Source: Bdellovibrionales bacterium (GTDB lineage: Bacteria; Bdellovibrionota; FAC87; UBA2466). Taken from it: a DNA stretch of 64,000 nt. A program made the translations under genes and the position numbers. The notes below the pieces were generated by a model that was not told the origin of the DNA, searched no databases, and saw only the letters and a program-made list of their open reading frames with translations. Location of the stretch: NCBI GenBank assembly GCA_009692515.1, contig SHZA01000003.1, positions 11,966 through 75,965 of the forward strand. The letters are read 5' to 3'. Each line of letters opens with the position of its first letter. The stretch's first letter is position 1. This document shows positions 59,304 to 64,000 of the stretch, one piece after another.

Positions 59304-60083
59304 TTATTTAGTGTTTTGAAAAGTGGTTGAAATTTTTTGACCGACCACATTTAGCCAGCCACTGCCCCATCTCGCCTGCGTAGTTTGGGGTAGAATTCCT
59401 GAAACTGGAAATGGACTTAAATTACTAATTCTAAATCTGTGAATAGTGGGATTTTTAGTAGTGTAGGTGACCTTTAAAATATCGGCCGCGTAAGGAGCAG
59501 GATTTATCGCCTTAAAAAGTGCGATCTGATCGGTGCTTGTTAAGACGATACCTGAAACGGTCACTTGATATTGAAATATAAAGGTTCGAGAGGGTTCAGG
59601 GATATTACTAGGCGCATTCATAGTAATACTAAGTCTTCCCCAAATATTATTAGGACCTGCCTGACCTCTATAATTAATAGGAACTGGGTTTTCTGGGCGT
59701 CCCTCCTGTCGAATCAAGGTAGGAACCTGGGATTGACCGCTAGGGGTCACCATATAGTCAAAAGATTTTTGTTCTGAAACGGTAAAGTTAATAGTTCCTG
59801 TTAAATTATTATTCATCGCAGTGAAGGCGGCCGTTGATGTATTGGCCTTTAAAAGTGAGTTACCAGGCAAAGAGTCTTCAAGAAAAGAAAGGGTGGCGAT
59901 AGGAGTTCCTACTGAGGGGGATATGGGTTGGGGGGCACCGGTAGTTAAGGGGATAGGATTGGTAGCGCTGTTCTTAGTTCCACAGGCAGAAACTAAGAGT
60001 AGGGAAAAGGCTGCAATCCCTATTGCTGAAAGTGTCTTCTTTAGAGTCATTCGAGTTTCTATATGTGTTAAATTAGTTTTCAC
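59304..60083 (-). CDS. Hypothetical lipoprotein
   Basis: Signal peptide with lipobox LVSACG; co-directional and adjacent to 58706..59278. Confidence 0.4.
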   Translation of the reverse strand: MKTNLTHIETRMTLKKTLSAIGIAAFSLLLVSACGTKNSATNPIPLTTGAPQPISPSVGTPIATLSFLEDSLPGNSLLKANTSTAAFTAMNNNLTGTINFTVSEQKSFDYMVTPSGQSQVPTLIRQEGRPENPVPINYRGQAGPNNIWGRLSITMNAPSNIPEPSRTFIFQYQVTVSGIVLTSTDQIALFKAINPAPYAADILKVTYTTKNPTIHRFRISNLSPFPVSGILPQTTQARWGSGWLNVVGQKISTTFQNTK

Positions 60084-60346
60084 TCAAATTCCTCCCCTGA
60101 AGTCACCAATTACAAAAAGCAAATGGCAATCGACCCTTAAGCAATCATCGTTCCAGCCTGTTTTGTGCTTGAGCAAGTGACAATCTACTAGTGAGAGAGA
60201 CAAATTACGTTACCGCTTTAGACAATTATTGTTAATCAGGTGTAAAAAAAAACTACAGATAAAGAAATTTAGCCTCATTTGAGTGTTGTTGATTTTGGTA
60301 CATGATTTGTAATAGGTCTGTTGTAGAAATTTAGGGAGAGGATTAC

Positions 60347-60925
60347 ATGAAACGTAGTTTGAGATACTTTAGAAGTTCAGTACTTGTTAATAAAAAAGAG
60401 ACTCACCCTGTATGGAGCTTCGTGCTTCGAAATGGAAGAACTTCATTGAAGATACTTCTATTGGGGACTGCTACCTTTTTATTGAGTACTGGCTCTGCCT
60501 ATGGTGGAGTTTCTTCATCTGTTTCTAGATTTGCATTGTCACGTAGTCCCTCTTCCTTAATTTTCCCACAGGTTGAAACTGAAAGAGATAGCAGTGATAT
60601 TTTGGCTTCTTATCCGGCCTATTTAAAATTTGTCGTTGAAGTAGGAAAAGATGTTGATCACTCGAGCACTGCTAGATTAGTCAAAATTTTTGAGTCATTA
60701 AAAAGAAGAAGTCCTAAAGGAGCCGCCCTTTTTTTAAAGGGATTAAGATTTGAATTGGTTCAAAAAGTAGAACTCATGGGAACAGACTCACGGGAAATTT
60801 CTACCAGCAATCCTATCTATAGAAGATGGATTCAAAAATATTTAAAAGAATGGGTAAGGGAAGCTGATGAACATTTATTTCGAAGTTATAGCGAATCAAA
60901 AAATGAGTTGGCTCTAGCCGAATAA
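60347..60925 (+). CDS. Hypothetical secreted protein
   Basis: Hydrophobic signal-like segment (…ILLLGTATFLLSTGSAYG); no family recognised. Confidence 0.35.
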   Translation: MKRSLRYFRSSVLVNKKETHPVWSFVLRNGRTSLKILLLGTATFLLSTGSAYGGVSSSVSRFALSRSPSSLIFPQVETERDSSDILASYPAYLKFVVEVGKDVDHSSTARLVKIFESLKRRSPKGAALFLKGLRFELVQKVELMGTDSREISTSNPIYRRWIQKYLKEWVREADEHLFRSYSESKNELALAE

Positions 60926-60941
60926 ATTTCTAAAGCTCAGG

Positions 60942-61313
60942 TTATTTCAATTCGGTATATTTTTTGGCGTTACCCTTTGCAAGTTTCACTGGATAACGTT
61001 TTGCATTTTGTTTCAACTTTTCAATTAAGGCCTTTTCCAGGTCTACATCGAGGCGATCTGCCAGTCGTAAAGTATAATAGAGAATATCGGCTAGTTCGTG
61101 CTGAATTTCCTGGCAAGTTTTAGGGCTTTTCATTACCTCAAATGACTCTTCAGGTGTGAGCCATTGAAAAATCTCAACTAATTCTCCAACTTCACCAGCT
61201 AAAGCCATAGTTAAGTTTTTCGGAGTGTGAAAAACATCCCACTCTCGGTCCTTTACAAATTTTCTTTGGAGCTTGAGAAGTTTATTGAGATTAAAAGGGT
61301 ATTGTTTAGCCAT
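60942..61313 (-). CDS. Small MazG-like nucleotide pyrophosphohydrolase (single-domain)
   Basis: …ALAGEVGELVEIFQW… and …ELADILYYTLRLADRL… EExxE-type metal-binding helices. Confidence 0.6.
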   Translation of the reverse strand: MAKQYPFNLNKLLKLQRKFVKDREWDVFHTPKNLTMALAGEVGELVEIFQWLTPEESFEVMKSPKTCQEIQHELADILYYTLRLADRLDVDLEKALIEKLKQNAKRYPVKLAKGNAKKYTELK

Positions 61314-61392
61314 TTCTATTTTTAGAAAGTCTTATGGCAATTGGCAATGACTCCTTGCTTGTTTTTACAAAGTTTATTAACGTCAATGAGCT

Positions 61393-62331
61393 TTGAAGAT
61401 CGCAATCATTCACAATGCTAGGTTTCCAGTTCGTGGCTATGGTGGAACTGAGCGCGTGGTTTGGTGGCTAGCGAAAGGGTTACATGATAGAGGGGTTCAG
61501 GTCACTTTAGTCTGTGCGCCCAATAGCGAATGCCCCTTTGCTACCGTAGTTCCCCATACCGAAAATCGAAACTCAAAAATATCTGCCGACCTCCTTCACT
61601 TTTTTAATACGCCGAGTGAAATTCCAGATCGACCTCATTTGGTGACCATCGGGGGCAATGGTAAGGTGGGCGAGAACTATTCAATTAATACCGTATTTGT
61701 GAGTCAAAACCATGCCTATCGTCATGGCTCTTCGGCTTTTGTGCATAATGGAGTCGATCCTGATGAATATCTTTTTGAGAAAACCCGAGATAGGTATCTT
61801 GTTTTTTTAGCCAAGGCCTCTTGGGCGGTAAAAAATGTGTCAGGAGCTATTAATATCGCTAGAGCGGCTCACCAAGAACTACATATTTTAGGTGGAAAAA
61901 GAATGCTTTTTAATCGTTGGCGGGGAGTCTTTTGGGAGGGAATGGTGGATGGTTCTACTAAGGCTCACTGGCTTTCTAAAACCGCGGGTCTTCTATTTCC
62001 AGTAATTTGGCATGAACCCTTTGGGATTGCGGTGGTTGAAGCCTTAGTTAGCGGGGCCCCCGTTTTAGGCTCCCCTTTTGGTTCACTACCTGAACTTATC
62101 ACCTCTGAAGTTGGACAAATTTGTTTTAACGAAAAGGAAATGGTGGAGGCGGTTGCTAGTTTGGGTAGTTTTTCTCCACAGGTTTGTAGAGATTGGGCTC
62201 TATCTAAATTTCATTACAAAATCATGACCGATAAATATATTTCCTATTATGAGAAAATACTAAATGGGCAAACCCTGAATAAGGTCTTGCCCCGGGTCAC
62301 AGCCCCCACCGGTAATTTACTAGATTTTTAA
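61393..62331 (+). CDS. Glycosyltransferase (GT4/group-1-like)
   Basis: N-terminus MKIAIIHNARFPVRGYGGTERVVWWLAKGL typical of GT-B glycosyltransferases; TTG start. Confidence 0.5.
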   Translation: MKIAIIHNARFPVRGYGGTERVVWWLAKGLHDRGVQVTLVCAPNSECPFATVVPHTENRNSKISADLLHFFNTPSEIPDRPHLVTIGGNGKVGENYSINTVFVSQNHAYRHGSSAFVHNGVDPDEYLFEKTRDRYLVFLAKASWAVKNVSGAINIARAAHQELHILGGKRMLFNRWRGVFWEGMVDGSTKAHWLSKTAGLLFPVIWHEPFGIAVVEALVSGAPVLGSPFGSLPELITSEVGQICFNEKEMVEAVASLGSFSPQVCRDWALSKFHYKIMTDKYISYYEKILNGQTLNKVLPRVTAPTGNLLDF

Positions 62332-62340
62332 TTAAAAATA

Positions 62341-62970
62341 TTATTGAAGCTGTTGAATGGTTTCGGTCCAGGTATTTCCAGAGAAGGTAAAATACTCTAA
62401 ATCGACCCAGCTAAAGTTTTTTAACGATTCATTATAAATGCGACATCTAGGGATGGGACTTGCATATAAATGAACGCTGATAGCGGGTTTTCTTGACGCA
62501 TTGGCTATCGAATGTAGACCAATACCATCGTCGATATAAACAGTATTAGTGCCGGCTTTTAAGGTTTCAGCCTTTCCGGTGGGTGTCAAAGAGAACTGTT
62601 TTCCTTCTGTGATAGGGCCCACGGCTTCATAGTTTTTAAAGGTTAAACTTCCCAGCTCCATTAACATCCAACATCGCTGATCGGCATGATCGTGAATAGC
62701 AGTTCGTTGCTCAGGAAGCCAAGTGAGAACTAAAAGTTCAAAAAACTCATTTTTTGCGACTAGATTTCTTCCATAGGTTTCTTCTCTAAAAAAGGTATAA
62801 GGAAGAAACTCTTCATGATCGATTGCGTGGGTGGCCAGGTAATTATGAACGGCATTAGTTTTAAAGCTCTTAGCCGTCTGTTTATTTAAGAACTCTAGAA
62901 ATTCATTAAGCGATGTTTGTTTCATGAGATAACAAAACGATATCACAGCAAGGTTTAAAAAAACAATCAT
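62341..62970 (-). CDS. Cysteine-dioxygenase-type cupin (thiol dioxygenase family)
   Basis: Cupin HxH motif (IHDHADQRCWMLMEL) plus downstream His (GLHSI) as in CDO/3-mercaptopropionate dioxygenases. Confidence 0.5.
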   Translation of the reverse strand: MIVFLNLAVISFCYLMKQTSLNEFLEFLNKQTAKSFKTNAVHNYLATHAIDHEEFLPYTFFREETYGRNLVAKNEFFELLVLTWLPEQRTAIHDHADQRCWMLMELGSLTFKNYEAVGPITEGKQFSLTPTGKAETLKAGTNTVYIDDGIGLHSIANASRKPAISVHLYASPIPRCRIYNESLKNFSWVDLEYFTFSGNTWTETIQQLQ

Positions 62971-63109
62971 CAGATTTTTAAAAAATCATTTTTTTGGGGT
63001 TGATGCGTTGAGTTGAAAGGGCTCTTTTCTATCTAGCTCGGTTGCTAAACTGAATAATTTAGACTAGCTTAATTGCATACAAAAACCTGTTTATTCAAGA
63101 GGGAAAAAA

Positions 63110-64000
63110 ATGGCTAATATTCAAAAAGAGCGGGGTTATAAAAAGCAACTTTTGGTCCTACCTTTTGATCATAGAGGTTCCTTTCAAAGTAAGATGTTTG
63201 GATTTAAGGCCCCCCTGACCCCAGAGCAACTTGCAGAGGTTTCTTCTTATAAAGATATTATTTTTGAGGGTTTTGAGAAGGCCGTTAAAAGTGGGCTTCC
63301 TAAAGAGATTATGGGTGTTTTAGTCGATGAGCAGTTTGGTGAAAATGTAATCAGACGAGCTAAAAGCGGCGGTTTTACCGTTTGTATTTGTGTTGAAAAA
63401 AGTGGTCAGGATGAATTCGATTTCGAATACCCAAACTATCAAGAGCATATTGAAAAGGTTCAACCCGATTTAATTAAAGTCTTGGTGAGATACAATCCTG
63501 AAGACGAGCCTGCATTAAATGAAAGACAGGCGACAAAGCTAGCAGAACTTTCTCGTTACTTAGAGAAGGTAAATAAAAAATACATGTTTGAATTGTTAGT
63601 TCCACCTACGGCGGACCAGCTAAAGAGATGTGGCGGAGATAAGGCCGTTTACGACGTCAAAATTCGGCCTACTTTGATGGTGAATGCGATAAAGGAATTA
63701 CAAAACCGTGGCATCGAAGCCGATGTTTGGAAGCTAGAGGGACTAGATAATCGTGAAGACTTTGAAAAGGTATGTGCAGCTGCAATAGCAGGAGGTCGTA
63801 CCGATGTTGGATGTATTGTATTGGGGCGTGGAGAAAATGAAGCCAAGGTACGTGAGTGGCTAAAGGTGGGGGCTAATGTTAAAGGTGTTATTGGATTTGC
63901 AGTAGGAAGAACTGTATTCTGGGAACCCTTAAAACTTTATCGTGAAAAGAAATGCACACGTGAAGAGGCCTCCCAAATGATGGCTACCACCTACGGAAAT
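63110..64000 (+). CDS. DUF2090-like / class-I-aldolase TIM-barrel family protein (3'-truncated by window edge)
   Basis: Hand-translated open frame from ATG 63110 to window end (MANIQKERGYKKQLLVLPFDHRGSF…VIGFAVGRTVFWEPL…) with AGAGGGA RBS; not in ORF track because no stop in window. Confidence 0.4.
   Translation, partial: MANIQKERGYKKQLLVLPFDHRGSFQSKMFGFKAPLTPEQLAEVSSYKDIIFEGFEKAVKSGLPKEIMGVLVDEQFGENVIRRAKSGGFTVCICVEKSGQDEFDFEYPNYQEHIEKVQPDLIKVLVRYNPEDEPALNERQATKLAELSRYLEKVNKKYMFELLVPPTADQLKRCGGDKAVYDVKIRPTLMVNAIKELQNRGIEADVWKLEGLDNREDFEKVCAAAIAGGRTDVGCIVLGRGENEAKVREWLKVGANVKGVIGFAVGRTVFWEPLKLYREKKCTREEASQMMATTYGN

Noticed and set aside
63649-63846. 65-aa minus-strand ORF near the window end
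   Set aside because: It lies antisense within the hand-verified plus-strand open frame (63110 to the window end) of the DUF2090-like gene.

Overview
This 64 kb window looks chromosomal, AT-rich (roughly 40% GC by eye) and densely coding, and its content suggests a predatory, Bdellovibrio-like or related delta-/oligoflexia-type bacterium. That taxon call is inference only. All family calls below were made by eye from the translated ORF track; no searches were run.

**Housekeeping content.** Most of the window is core housekeeping:
- A translation/isoprenoid/lipid block on the + strand: rpsB-tsf-pyrH-frr-uppS-cdsA-dxr-rseP-phoH(PIN)-lepA-lepB.
- A minus-strand carD-ispD-ispF-cysS operon.
- aspS-hisS, uvrC, lysC, a photolyase and homogentisate dioxygenase.
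- A complete aa3-type cytochrome c oxidase operon (coxII-I-III-IV).
- One tRNA-Gly(GCC).

**Envelope, motility and predation-type modules.**
- At the left edge, a Glt-like gliding-motility fragment: TPR lipoprotein, small secreted protein, then an FHA protein with a TonB-C/AgmX-PglI-like C-terminus.
- A tightly translationally coupled operon tadC-DUF192-FHA-FHA-FHA at 14.1-20.2 kb with no TadA/TadB/secretin/pilin in the window. This resembles Tad-like 'Kil'-type predation machinery or an unusual FHA signalling module, and is the most interesting system-level candidate.
- A PilZ protein with neighbouring secreted proteins.
- A thermolysin-like (HEXXH...HECIAD) lipoprotein protease with an overlapping downstream secreted partner.
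- A cluster of uncharacterised secreted proteins and lipoproteins at 58.7-60.9 kb.

**Other notable points.**
- hmgA is coupled to a heme-oxygenase-like di-iron (HDO-like) protein instead of the canonical fahA/maiA.
- Twin TlpA-like redoxins and an outer-membrane barrel converge on the oxidase operon.
- A 14-bp perfect inverted repeat with a nested hairpin sits upstream of a Ser/Asn-rich secreted protein.
- A clean bidirectional terminator lies at about 20.3 kb.

No transposases, integrases, CRISPR arrays or rRNA were seen. Several ORF-track starts are over-extended (one overlaps the tRNA) and are corrected in the feature list.
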